Assembly (NCBI RefSeq): GCF_011745625.1
Contig: NW_027191470.1
Location: 1 to 64,000, forward strand
Reading direction: 5' to 3'
DNA length: 64,000 nt
Origin: Cladosporium halotolerans
Lineage: Eukaryota
Every line of letters begins with the position of its first letter. Positions within the stretch are counted from its first letter, which is position 1. Both the position numbers and the translations under genes were made by a program. Below, one piece after another: positions 23,206-35,487 of the stretch. The notes under the pieces were generated by a model. That model saw only the letters and a program-made list of their open reading frames with translations, did no database searches and had not been told where the DNA came from.

Positions 23206-23942
23206 CTAGACCTTAAGGACGCTGCCGTCCTCGAGCAGACCGAGGAGGGCAGTGATAGAAGACGCAATCATGATAGCAGCACGGCCTAGAGTTCAAATGT
23301 CAGCGCACACGGATTCCTAGCTTCAACTCATCGTCACAAACACTCACCATAGTTCAGACCCTGCCACCTCTTCTGCAGCCTCCTCAGCTCCTTCTCGCTC
23401 TTCTCATCCGCGTTGTTCGCCTGCAAGTTGCCAGCCAGCTTAGCCATAGCCCTGTTCATCGGAACCATGATGCCCAGCGCCCACGCAGTAGTAGCCAGGT
23501 TGAGCGCGAAGGAAGCGCCGAGGTAAGGGAGCTTAGCGGCGGCGGCGGAGTTGCTGTCGCGGTTGAGGTAGGCGGCGATGGTGAGGGCGAGGTTGGTGAC
23601 GGTGCAGGCGCCGTTGAGCGGCGGGAAGAAGTACTCGGAGTTGTGCAGCAGGTAGGCCGTCAGGGTGCCGGAGTGGTGCGCGGGGACTTCGCGGAGCTGC
23701 AGCATGGGCATGATGAGAGGGGATTGCAGGGCGGAGCCGCCTGATTAGATCGATTAGTGAGCTGTTCGATTATTGAACTGCACGCTCTGGATGATTGGCT
23801 ATACCAAAGTTGACGGCCGTGCCGATTACGGCGAAAGACTACGTGGTGTAAGCTGGATGTTCACGGCCATTGGTTTTGTTGGGAGAGCTGATTGACATAC
23901 CTGGAGGGGTGTGAACCACCAGAGGTTGCCGGTGGAAGCCAT
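23206..23942 (-). CDS. DUF1772/anthrone-oxygenase-like membrane protein, multi-exon
   Basis: Exons MASTGNLWWFTPLQ...IMVPMNRAM...LQKRWQGLNY|GRAAIMIAS..., with GT-AG introns at the junctions. Confidence 0.7.
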
Positions 23943-24901
23943 TGCTGCGATTGTTTGTTTCAACGAGATTGGTAAGAGAGGTGTAACAGGATGGTACTGG
24001 GGCAGGAAAGGGAGAGGAAAGAGACCGTCAACATTGATGGAGATGGGCACCCACGTGGTAAGACAAGAGCTCCTACGGGTCTTGGTGGTGAGAGGTGCAT
24101 CGGCTCCGCTGTCCGGGCTTTGAGAGAGACATCACAGCGACCGCGTCTGCCCCTGCGCGCACTCGCCGGGCGCATGTGCAGGAGGGCAGGATTGGTACCA
24201 CCGACGCCAGCACAGTATACTAAGCCAACAGACGATGGAGCAGTATGCGCAGTAATCAACGCGCGCCCGACGGCCACGCGCAGTGCCTGCCCCAGGCCGC
24301 CCTCCGTGGAGTGCCCCATCCAGACACGACTCCATCCATCGATCGCGACGCGATGGCGATGCGATGCCGTCACACGTGCCAAACGCCAATGCCGTGCGCG
24401 CCTGAGGCTCCACGCGCCTGAGGCGATCCCCGGTCTCAGCCAGTCGGCGAGTTGCGAGCGCGGAGCCCTCGGACCGTCCCACGCGTCGAGCCATCTTCGG
24501 TATGTGAAAAGATTCCTTCGCACAGGGCAGGCGACCACTCCCGCGGTGCACCGCGGTGCCAGCCCTGTGAGGTAAGTCGTAGTCAGCAGAGGCCTGGCGC
24601 GGCCTGTCCCACGTCGCTTCCATTGCTCCGGGAAGGCATATCACGTGGGGCGACAGACATCCTAGCGACAACCGAGCCCTTGACATCACATCAGACAGAC
24701 ATCCGCAATCTTTCCGGACCGCCCTCTGCGACAACCCGCTCCACCCCAGCTTGTCGCCCCAAGAGGTACCAAGAATCGATACCGACCCCAGGTTTCGGTT
24801 GACTCGCGAGAGAAAATAAGTGTCCCAGTCCCTCTTTCGTCCTTCTCTCCTTCCCTCCATCCCCAACACCACCCTCTCCACTCTCCTCCGCACTCCCCAG
24901 C

Positions 24902-26704
24902 ATGTCTGCCTCTGCTCTCTTGAAGAGCCGTGTTGCCCGGCCTTCCTACTTGAAGAAGCTCGCAAAGGCTGAGGACCTGATCGAGCATTTCCCTCACAAC
25001 TCTTGGATTGTAAGTCACCGTCCGTATACAAACGTTCCGGTTGTTCCGTGCGCGTTCAATGGCACGAGACACGACATTATAGCTCTGGAATTCACCCCGG
25101 ATCAAGCCGGCTTTCTCAATGGCTTCAGCAACCAGCTGCTGACAAGCTCCAACAGGGCTGGAGTGGTTTCACCGGTGTCGGCTACCCCAAGAAGACTCCC
25201 ACTGCATTGGCCGACCATGTCGAGAAGAACGGCCTGCAGGGCCAGCTGAAGTACAACCTCTTCGTCGGCGCATCGTCCGGCGCCGAGACCGAGAACAGAT
25301 GGGCGCGCAACAACATGATCGAGAGGCGAAGCCCTCACCAGGTCGGCAAGGATATCGCAAAGGGCATCAACAACGGCAACATCAAGTTCTTCGACAAGCA
25401 CCTTTCCATGGGTCCTACCGACCTCGTCTACGGTTACTACACCAAGAACAACCCGAGCAAGAAGCTCGACGTTGCCGTCATTGAGGCAACGGCTATCACC
25501 CCGGAAGGTGGCATTGTCCCCGGCGCGTCTGTTGGCGCCAGCCCTGAGATCATCCAGATGGCCGACAAGATCATCATCGAGGTCAACACTGCTTCTCCCG
25601 ACCTCACTGGCCTCCACGACATCTGCATGACCGATGTCCCTCCTTACAAGAAGCCTTACCTGGTCATGTCGCCTGAGGATCGCATTGGTCTGCCCTACAT
25701 CCCTGTTGACCCTGAGAAGGTCGTTGCCGTTGTCGAGTCGGACTACATGGACCAGACCCAGCCCAACGCCGAGGAGGACGAGACTAGCCGGAAGATCGCC
25801 GGCAACCTCGTCGAGTTCCTCCAGCACGAGGTCAAGCACGGTCGTCTGCCCGAAAACCTCACCCCTCTGCAGTCTGGTATCGGTAACATCGCCAACGCCG
25901 TCGTCGGCGGTCTCGCTTCCGGTGGCGCCAACTTCAAGAACCTCAAGGTCTGGACCGAGGTGCTCCAGGACAGCTTCCTCGACCTCTTCGACAGCGGCAA
26001 CCTCGACTTCGCAACTGCGACGTCCATCCGCTTCAGCCCCGACGGCTTCAAGCGCTTCTACGAGAACTACGAGCGCTACGCGCCTAAGCTGCTCCTCCGC
26101 TCCCAGGCTGTCTCCAACTCTCCCGAGATCATCAAGCGTCTGGGTGTGATCGGCATGAACACCCCCGTCGAGGTCGACATCTACGCCCATGCCAACAGCA
26201 CTTGCGTCATGGGCAGCCGCATGCTCAACGGTCTCGGTGGTTCCGCCGACTTCCTGCGCAGCTCTAAGTACTCCATCATGCACACGCCCTCCACCCGTCC
26301 CTCCAAGACCGACCCTACCGGCGTTTCCTGCATCGTTCCCATGTGCACGCATGTCGACCAGACCGAGCACGATCGTAAGTTTTTCAAACTCCCATTCTCA
26401 TCAGAAACCCAACTAACCCCTCCCTCCAGTCGACATGGTCGTCACCGAAATCGGCTTCGCGGACGTCACCGGCATGTCTCCCCGCGAGCGCGCGCGCGAG
26501 ATCATCAAGAAGTGCGCGCACCCCGACTACCAGCCGATCCTGACGGACTACCTGGACCGCGCGGAGTTCGAGTGCCTGCGCAAGGGCTGGGGCCACGAGC
26601 CGCACCTGCTGTGGAACGCGTTCGACATGCACAAGCACCTGAACGAGCACGGCACGATGAAGATCCCGGCTTGGGATGCGTCGAGGTCGACGTTCGCCGC
26701 GTAA
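24902..26704 (+). CDS. ACH1: Acetyl-CoA hydrolase / CoA-transferase (Ach1/Acu-8/CoaT)
   Basis: [33 protein letters not shown] and NGLGGSADF. Introns at 25010-25155 and about 26375-26429. Confidence 0.96.
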
Positions 26705-27719
26705 GGGGTTGAAGACGAAGGGGAACCTGTCCCTGTATTATTGAGTTTATTTGTTTGATGAGCGTTTAATCATCTCCTTTGTCGTCTCATTTGCTGGGCG
26801 CTGGGATACAGCGCGGGTTTTGCATAGAGCATAGATGGTGACATAGAGGGGGAATCAGGATGAGTCCTGTCTTATACAGAATAGAGTGGAACACAGAATA
26901 GACTGAAGCAGCCACGCGCGGCTCCGCGATTTGAGTGCATCTTTAAACAACTTTTCGACAAAACCCAAAATGTGAATTATCAACGGTTGCACTATTTGTC
27001 GGGTGTGTCAGATCGGTAAAGCTGCTTGGCCCAATGTATCATAGATTGCCACTGAATCAACCCCTATATCGTGGCGAATATTTCGGCCACCATTGTCTAC
27101 CTAACTTGACTGTTGATGGCGTGTTGTAACGATGCGACCGAGGATCATCGTCGAAATCTGCTTGGGGTTATAACCCTAACCCTAAATCTGCCATTGCCTC
27201 GGAAATGGGAACCACGAACCGTTTGAGAAATCGTATTGAATCTATGACTTGTGAGGGGATATGGCGGTATTCTATCGTGGATGCCATTTGACCAAGTCTT
27301 TCAAGTCTACCGGCGATCGCAGATACACTGATAGTGACTGCAACACGCTATGGAGGCATCTTTGGAACGCACTCACGAGGCAGTGTTCTCGTGGATGTGA
27401 GGCTCTTCTCGAAGACTTCTCGAAAATACATCGATCTACTCCTGCTTCCTTGATTCAGATCTTTTCGCGCATGTTCTGCCTGCCAAACGGCCCTCGTACA
27501 TTTAACCGGGACTACTGCAAGCGGTGCAGCGCAACAAAACCCCAACCAACGATCCCATCCGGCTTGAGCATCGAGCACCCGCGCGTCCGAGCTCGGTCCT
27601 CCGCAACCGCCAGCGAGCGACACCCGACAACTTTTGCTTCGCCATAGCTTCACACCACCTCCACCCATCAACCACTCCACCTCCACCCATTACCTTCTTC
27701 TATCAACACACAGGACACC

Positions 27720-28962
27720 ATGTTCGCCGCCCGTCAGGTCACCTCGTCCGTCTTCGGCGCTGCCCAGCGCCGCGCCTTCTCCGCCTCGGCCGCCAGCGTA
27801 CGTTCAGCCCGAGTCCCAATCGCAATGGCCGATCCATTCGAGCATCCGAGATCGACCCTGACTGACATCCACATCACAGCTCTCCAAGGTTGCCGTCCTC
27901 GGTGCCGGCGGCGGAATCGGCCAGCCTCTGTCCCTCCTCCTCAAGCTCAACCCGCGTGTCACCGAGCTCTCCCTCTTCGACATCCGCGGTGCCCCCGGCG
28001 TTGCCGCTGATGTCGGCCACGTTAACACCAAGAGCGTCGTACGTTGATACCGCGATCGATAAGCGAATGATTAGACATTTACAATATGTGCGCTAGGTCA
28101 CCGGCTACGAGCCCGAGCAGAACGGCGGCATTGCCGCTGCCCTCAAGGGCGCCGAGATCGTCCTCATCCCGGCTGGTGTCCCCCGCAAGCCTGGCATGAC
28201 CCGTGACGGTACGTGAATCAAGAAGTCTGCGATACGCGGTTGCGATGAACTCAAAGGCTGACGAATTCTCAAACAGACCTGTTCAACACCAACGCCTCCA
28301 TCGTCCGCGACCTCTCCAAGTCTGTCGCCGAGCACTGCCCCAACGCCAACATCCTCATCATCTCCAACCCGGTCAACAGCACCGTCCCCATCACCGCCGA
28401 GGTGCTGAAGAAGGCCGGTGTCTACAACCCCAAGCGCCTGTTCGGTGTCACCACCCTCGACGTCGTCCGCGCCTCCCGCTTCATCTCCCAGCACAAGGGC
28501 ACCGACCCCGCCAACGAGAACATCGTCGTCATTGGCGGTCACTCCGGCGAGACCATCGTCCCTTTGCTCAGCCAGAGCGGCTACAACCTCGAGGGCCAGG
28601 CCCTCGCCGACTACGTCAAGCGCGTTCAGTTCGGTGGTGACGAGGTCGTCCAGGCCAAGGGCGGTGCTGGCTCTGCCACCCTCTCCATGGCCATGGCTGG
28701 TGCCCGCTTCGCCGAGTCCCTGCTCAAGGCCGCTCAGGGCGAGAAGGGCGTCATCGAGCCCTCTTTCGTCGACTCCCCTCTCTTCAAGGACCAGGGCGTC
28801 ACCTACTTCTCCTCCAACGTCGAGCTCGGCCCCGAGGGTGTCGAGAAGATCCACCCGATCGGCGAGGTCACCGCGCACGAGCAGAAGCTGATCGACGTCT
28901 GCGTCGGCCAGCTCAAGGGCAACATCGAGAAGGGCGTCAAGTTCGTCGCCGAGAACCCTTGA
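27720..28962 (+). CDS. MDH1: Mitochondrial malate dehydrogenase, multi-exon
   Basis: Presequence MFAARQV...[48 protein letters not shown] and [10 protein letters not shown]. Confidence 0.96.
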
Positions 28963-29787
28963 ATGGGTGATGCAGTGTGTAGCGGAAGAGCTCTCGGATC
29001 ATCACTTTGACAAAATGTTGATAGAGTGCGAGCGAAAGAGGATGTGCATGTTACGATACAGTAGAAGCTTGATGTAATTTTCCAATGTAGAATTACTGCG
29101 GCTTTCCTTGATGGTCTCGAATGTTGTCGATTGTGTGCCTTGTACTTGTCCGCCTACATCACTCTCTGCCACGTTTGAATCGCGTCGTCCGCAGGCCAAA
29201 CCGACCACACGCGTGACCCGACTCATCAATCTGCCGGTGTATGTCCGGCTCGGCGAAGAAGTGAAAAGATCCGAGAGATATCACTGCCGAGGCTGAAGAC
29301 CACGAGACTTGCCAACGGCCGAGAGCAAGGTGGAGGCGGATCCGAACCCGGCTGAGAAGTTAACCGGACGGACGTCTGCTGCACGCTGTGCGACCTCGCA
29401 ACACCCTCATGGGGACCCGCTCTCGTGGCTTCCAGGCCGGGCGCAGGAGGAGAGTTTGACGCACGTGGCTGGCGGGTGTTGTGAGGTATGTTTTGGCCGC
29501 GGTGGGTGTTGATGACGTTAGTCCCGTCTCTGCTTTCCTGTGTACGTCTGGTAAATATGAAGTCCGATGATATCCTACAGAAGACACACAGCTCATCAAG
29601 GTGATACATGGGCAATAATACCGCCGAATATGGCCCTTTGTGGCACGCCCGCCATCTCCACCTCCGGCCCCAGGAACGAGCGTTGGTGTGTCGCGGTCCG
29701 TCCGGAGAGAAGGGCTGGGCAGTGCCGAGTGACGCAGGGCCGAGAACGAGCCTCGGCTGAGCGGACGCCGGCTGCGCAGCCAGACAA

Positions 29788-29814
29788 TGCTGCTGCTGCT
29801 GCTGCTGCTGCTGC
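29788..29814. repeat. (TGC)9 microsatellite
   Basis: Perfect trinucleotide run upstream of the carnitine acetyltransferase. Confidence 0.9.
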
Positions 29815-29961
29815 CAGCGCGTGCGGCTCAAGTCCAAGGAGAAGAGTTGGCATTTTTGTGCAATACACCTCATATCTGTGCGCCTGCCCTCTCTCACACC
29901 TCTTCATCAATTCACCCTTCCCAATACAGTCCCTACCAGCCTTCTCCCATCCGCCAGAGGC

Positions 29962-32141
29962 ATGTTCGGCGCTGCTCTGCGCAACCGAGCGCTGCTACGA
30001 TCCGCTGCATCATCGTCACATACCGCGCTGCCTCGTCTTGCCGGCTACCGAGGATCTTTTGCTAGAGCTGTCAAGCCTGTACGTTCCCTCTTCCTTCCTA
30101 TTCCTCGACATCCATCCTCGCTGTGTCGGACGTCGTTTGCTTTCCATCCTGGCCGTGTAAGCTGACACACAACAGACGTCCATCACCATGGCGCCCCAAC
30201 AGAAGAGGAAGCAGAGCACTCTGCCCGCTGGTGAGCTTTCACGTGCCAATATTTTTTCCGAAGGCCAGCCTGGCTGATATGCTTGACAGGATACAAGGAG
30301 GACAGCAGCAAAGGTGCCATGCTCAGATTCGAAGACTCCCTCCCGCAGCTCCCCGTCCCCACCCTCGAGGAGACCGCAAAGCGATACCTGAAATCAGTGC
30401 GCGCCCTCGTGACCGAGACCGAGTACCAGCACACAAAGAAGGCGGTGGAAGAGTTTATTTCTCCCAACGGCGCCGGTCAAGAGCTGCAAAAGAGGCTGCA
30501 AGCGAGGGCCGACGACCCTCAGGTGAAGAATTGGCTGTACGACTGGTGGAACCAGGCCGCGTACCTTGCGTACCGCGATCCCATCGTTCCCTACGTCTCC
30601 TACTTTTACAGCCACCGCGATGACCGCAAGCGAAGAGACCCCGTCAAGCGCGCCGCGGCAATCTCTTTCGCCGTTCTTGACTTCGCCAAGCAGGTCAACG
30701 AGGGCTCGCTCGAGCCCGAGTACATGAAGAAGCTGCCCATTGCCATGAGCTCTTACGAGTACATGTTCAACTGCTGCCGTATCCCGATGAAGCCGTCCGA
30801 CGAGCCAAAGAAGTACGACTACAAGGAGAACCCTTACATCCTCGTCATCCGCAAGAACTCCTTCTACAAGCTTCCTTACATGGTCAACGGTCGCCAGCTC
30901 AACACCAGCGAGCTGGAGGAGCAGTTCCGCCGCATTTACAAGTCGGCTGAGAAGGGCCCCGCTGTCGGTGTCATGACCACCGAGAACCGTGACACCTGGA
31001 CTGAGATGCGCGAGCGCCTCATCAAGACCAACCCCTCCAACGAGGCTGCTCTCGAGCAGATCCAGGCCGCCTCCTTCACCGTCTGCCTCGACGATGCATC
31101 TCCCATCACCCTCCACGAGCGTGCTCGCCAGTACTGGCACGGTGACGGCAGCAACCGCTGGTTCGACAAGCCGCTGCAGTTCATCGTCAATGAGAACGGC
31201 ACCTCCGGTTTCAACGGCGAGCACAGCATGATGGACGGCACACCCACCCACCGCCTGAACGACTACATCAACATGTGCATTTTCAACAACAAGCTCGACT
31301 TCGACAACCCCTCCGTCCGCTCCGACCTCCCTCCCCCAACCCCGATCAAATTCCAGCTCTCGACCGAGAACCTCGCAGACATCGGCGAAGCCGCCACGAA
31401 CCACACCAAGCTCATGTCGCAGCACGAGCTGCGCGTCGAAGCATACCAAGGCTACGGCAAGGGCCTGATGAAGAAGTTCAAGTGCTCGCCGGACGCCTAC
31501 GTGCAGCTGATCATCCAGCTGGCCTACTACAAATTCTACGGCAAGAACCGCCCGACCTACGAGTCCGCGGCCACCCGCCGGTTCCAGCAAGGCCGCACGG
31601 AGACCTGCCGCACCGTCTCCGAAGAGAGCGTGGCCTTCTGCGCCGCGATGCAGCACCCGCTCAGCACGGCGCAGGAGTGCCGCGAGCTATTCCTGAAGGC
31701 CATCGGCGGACACGTGGCGTACATTACCGACGCGAGCGACGGCAAGGGCGTCGACAGGCACCTGTTCGGTCTGAAGAAGCTGCTCAAGGAGGGCGAAGAG
31801 GTGCCGGCGCTGTACAAGGACCCGGCGTACGCGTACTCGAGCACGTGGTTCATCTCGTCCAGCCAGTTGAGCTCGGAGTACTACAACGGCTACGGCTGGT
31901 CGCAGGTTGTTGATGATGGATGGGGGTGAGTTTACTCATGAATCTCGGATGAACCAAGCGACACTGATTACTGACTGCTTTTGACAGAATCGCCTACATG
32001 ATCAACGAGAACAGCGTGCAGTTCAACATCGTCAGCAAGCACCTCGGCTGCGAGCGCATGGCCTTCTTCCTGAACGAGGCCGCGGGCGACATTCGCGATA
32101 TGATGAACGCTACCATGCCGGCGGAGAAGCCTAAGTTGTAA
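29962..32141 (+). CDS. CAT2: Carnitine O-acetyltransferase (Cat2/AcuJ), mitochondrial/peroxisomal
   Basis: LPQLPVPTLEET, NRWFDK, catalytic EHSMMDG, TYESAATRRFQQGRTE and GKGVDRHL. Arg-rich presequence from ATG 29962, second ATG at 30188, C-terminal PKL*. Confidence 0.95.
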
Positions 32142-32427
32142 AGAACGAACGAACAGTGATGGATGTGACCAACGTCAAGGTCTTGTGAGGCTGCAGAGAT
32201 ATGAATAGATGGAAAGGGATGGGATATAGATGGTGGATGTCATTTCAATTTCAGCGTGGAGGGCGATCTCGTTAGAGAGACGTGTCGACTTCCACGCGTA
32301 TGCTGATGTTGATGCGAACGATCAAATGTATATTTTGTACGACTTCGAATGTTCTGCTCGTCCTCACAGTCCGCTGAGCCGTGGTATCAAAAGAGTGAGA
32401 AGGATCCTTGTCATCTGGGATTGTCAT

Positions 32428-33112
32428 TCAAGATGTACATAACCAGTGCCCGGCGGATGTGCATGGGTATGGATCTACACAGTCTTCACGTTTTCTGCAA
32501 GACTGTCCCGGACAAAGGACCCGGAATCGGTGTATGTAGCGACCTTCACTTGTTGCCGTGCCCGGATCTGAAGATTTGACGGTTGTTGTCATGGATGGAG
32601 CCATTGAGCGAATCCGCGGTGTCGTGGTTGAAGACAACGACGAGCTCTCTGGGCTCGTTGGCGTAAACAGCGCTGTTTCGTTTTGGTCGCTCTCCGATCC
32701 CTCCGATCGCGCTTTTCGATGTTGTCGGTGCCCTTCGTACGTGTCAGTCAATGTATATACCAAAACAGGCATTCTCATTCGGGTTGGCCTGTTCTACTGT
32801 CGTTGGAGATGAGTTTGATGATGCAGACCGAGAGGACGACCGCTAATATGGCGACGAACAGTATTGAGAATATAAAGCTTCCATTGAACTTTTTTGAGCA
32901 CAACACAAGCGGCGAGCAACAAAAGCGGCTGTCTTACTTTCATCACAAAGGACTATCGAGCTATGCGGTGAACTAATGATCCATGTCACCAAAGCTGTGG
33001 AAGGGACTGATGGTCTTGCAAAATCAATAACTTCACGTAAAAAGAGGAAAACAACCTGCTCAACACGATACAGCCGACTGCAGGTGTCCAGGTCCGTCTC
33101 ACAGCTTATCAT
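32428..33112 (-). CDS. Possible small multi-exon membrane protein
   Basis: Hydrophobic segment FIFSILFVAILAVVLSVCIIKL flanked by intron-like signals, followed by a Ser/Thr-rich ORF. The gene model is uncertain. Confidence 0.25.
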
Positions 33113-33143
33113 GCTTCGGTCCAGCTCGGAAACACCACGACAT

Positions 33144-33722
33144 CTAATAGTTCCAGGCCGATGGATCGCTCATATCAAGGTAGTATTGACAGGTCAGATC
33201 CATCCAGATGCAACGCATCGAGTTCCCGTAAGCGCTTGGGCCGTTCCATTGTTGAGCGAAAAGCTCCCATCGACCGTTCACTGGGCAAGCCATGAACCCA
33301 TTGGCGCCGAACGCTGTAGTCCAAAGGCTGAGTGATTGAGAACCAGGGTCAGCATCCCGGTCTACGGTGAGGCAATCGATTGAACCGTCGGGAGTCGCGG
33401 CTGAATGAGGGCTCGTGTAGCCGACAGAGAGATCAGGTGCTACGTAGATACGTTGACCTCCTGGGACGCCGACATCCAGACCGCAGGCATCGGGTGACCC
33501 AACAAGAACTGTGGGATTGTCCGGGTTGGTTGAAGAAGTACCGCCACCCAGATAAAACTTCCCTCCATCAGCAACGAGTGGGAGATTCTGCAGGAAGTCG
33601 TTCGGTGCGATCAAGTTTGGCAAGACCCGACAATAGAGCTTGAACGATTCGCTCGCTTGCCGAGCTTTAATCGGAGTGGCGACGGTGCCTCCGAGTAGAA
33701 TGAGCACACTGAACAGCTGCAT
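33144..33722 (-). CDS. Secreted cell-wall protein, PhiA/IgE-binding-protein-like
   Basis: Signal peptide, VPGGQRIYVAPD..VGYTSPHSA, FMACP and C-terminal AWNY. Confidence 0.75.
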   Translation of the reverse strand: MQLFSVLILLGGTVATPIKARQASESFKLYCRVLPNLIAPNDFLQNLPLVADGGKFYLGGGTSSTNPDNPTVLVGSPDACGLDVGVPGGQRIYVAPDLSVGYTSPHSAATPDGSIDCLTVDRDADPGSQSLSLWTTAFGANGFMACPVNGRWELFAQQWNGPSAYGNSMRCIWMDLTCQYYLDMSDPSAWNY

Positions 33723-35487
33723 TGTGTGAAAGTCTCTGACCCGATTGGTGTTGAGTTGAGAAAGATTGAAGAAAGAGATGAGGATCCGGGGAGAAGAGCA
33801 CGAGGCTCACACATCTTTATAGCCACGTCTCTCAGGCGAGTATCGCCAGTAGAACAACATCGGGCCAGTGAATCGTTGGTTTGATGCCGTATCATCTCAC
33901 CCGTCTGCACTCTTTGCAAGAAGAACTGAGGCGCGATCGCAGTAGCGACCCCCGCGTGCAACCATGGTATGCCCATGACCAGGCTGACGTATTCGGATAC
34001 GCAACCATCTCTTTTCCTGATCCTTTGTGGATGCTATATCGATCTTGAGATCTTATGAAGCTCTAATATAACGTGTCTCAGCGCCCTTGAACGGGGTCAG
34101 TGATCACTCGCATCAGCTGTAGATATTGCACCCTGAAGGTGCGGTACTGGAGCATCACCATCGATACCCGGGACTCGATCTCGACACTGACCGCGGTAAG
34201 GATGAGCCAGGAGATCGAAAAATGTATCTGGAGTTAGCATAGGTCCGCTTGAAAACGTGAGCACTCCATTAATAGCTTTGAAACGACCTGTCCACTGTTG
34301 CAGCGCGCTCATCGTCAATGGTGGAGTTGAGCGAGACATAGTTGCACCCAAGCCCACCAGGTAACCCAGAAGCGTCTTTAACATTGGCAGCAGCCACAAT
34401 TGGACCTGCGTGTCCTTGATCCTTACATGAGCTTTGTAAGTCCTACTTGATGACATGGCGTGCTTGCTCCTCACAACTCTCCGCGCTACGGAATCACTAC
34501 TGCGAACGACCAGGCGCGGGGAAGCCATGGACCGGAGCGTCGACCTAAAAAGATTGAGCGGAAGAGCTTTGCATTCCCAATCAATAACTAATACCTTGCG
34601 TCATAATGCATGTTTCAAGGTGACGACCCATGGATCTCGCCATAGCGGCGTCCTTTACGTGCACTCCATGCGTTTCCCGCATTCGTTCGGGTGAACAGCA
34701 TCTCTCGATCAAGTCTATCGAAACATGTGCGAATCCTCTAAGGCTTCGCATGTAGCCAAGTTGCTTCCATGGCTCAAGATTGACAATGACACCATTAGTC
34801 ACCGCTGGCCACTTGCGAAGCTCCGGATTTGACTGTGCCCATTGTCCAAGGTAGAGTTTTCGGACCATTCTGAGACATTCCCACACATCTGCAACGCTAG
34901 TACTTTTTCGTACTTTTCCATTATTCGAAAGCGAGAACAAAAGTAGCGATCTTCAAATGCTGGACGGATCGTCCATCAGTTCCAACATCACTTTCAGATG
35001 GCCCTTGCTCAACTTCATTCCATGGGGTCAGCTTTGAGCTTCTCTTCGGAGCTCCTGGAAAAGATTTGGCCTGGTTATTCCACTGTGAGATCGGATCTTG
35101 ACAATTCGTCCTTTCAGAACGGTTCGTATGATCGAGAAGCAGCATGGTTTGTCCGGATCCATGGTAATCCAATTCGAATAGCGACACGCCAATCGAGCGT
35201 CAAGTCTACAGGACATCGCGAAGAAAGAAGAGATTCCAGTCGCCTGTTGCGGCGCCCCCGCAAGACAGCCATTCTAGTCTAATGACGACTAATGATTCGC
35301 AGCTGCCATTGCGCATCGAGCTTGGCATTGGAAATTACTTGGGAAAGAGTATCTTGAAATGACTGCGGAAGTCAGGTGGTTTGGCTCAACTCTTCGCTGA
35401 ATGATAGTTCCACTGCCAATTATTATACCCTTCACTGAGCAAAGATGTCAAATTGGCAGTAGACAGCGCTTCCACTTGGTGATACTC

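Noticed and set aside
27171..27185. TAACCCTAACCCTAA (and the 46227 array) as a telomerase RNA template
   Set aside because: Only about 550-600 nt lie downstream before the next gene, whereas filamentous-fungal telomerase RNAs are much longer. No pseudoknot or CR4/5-like elements were recognised.
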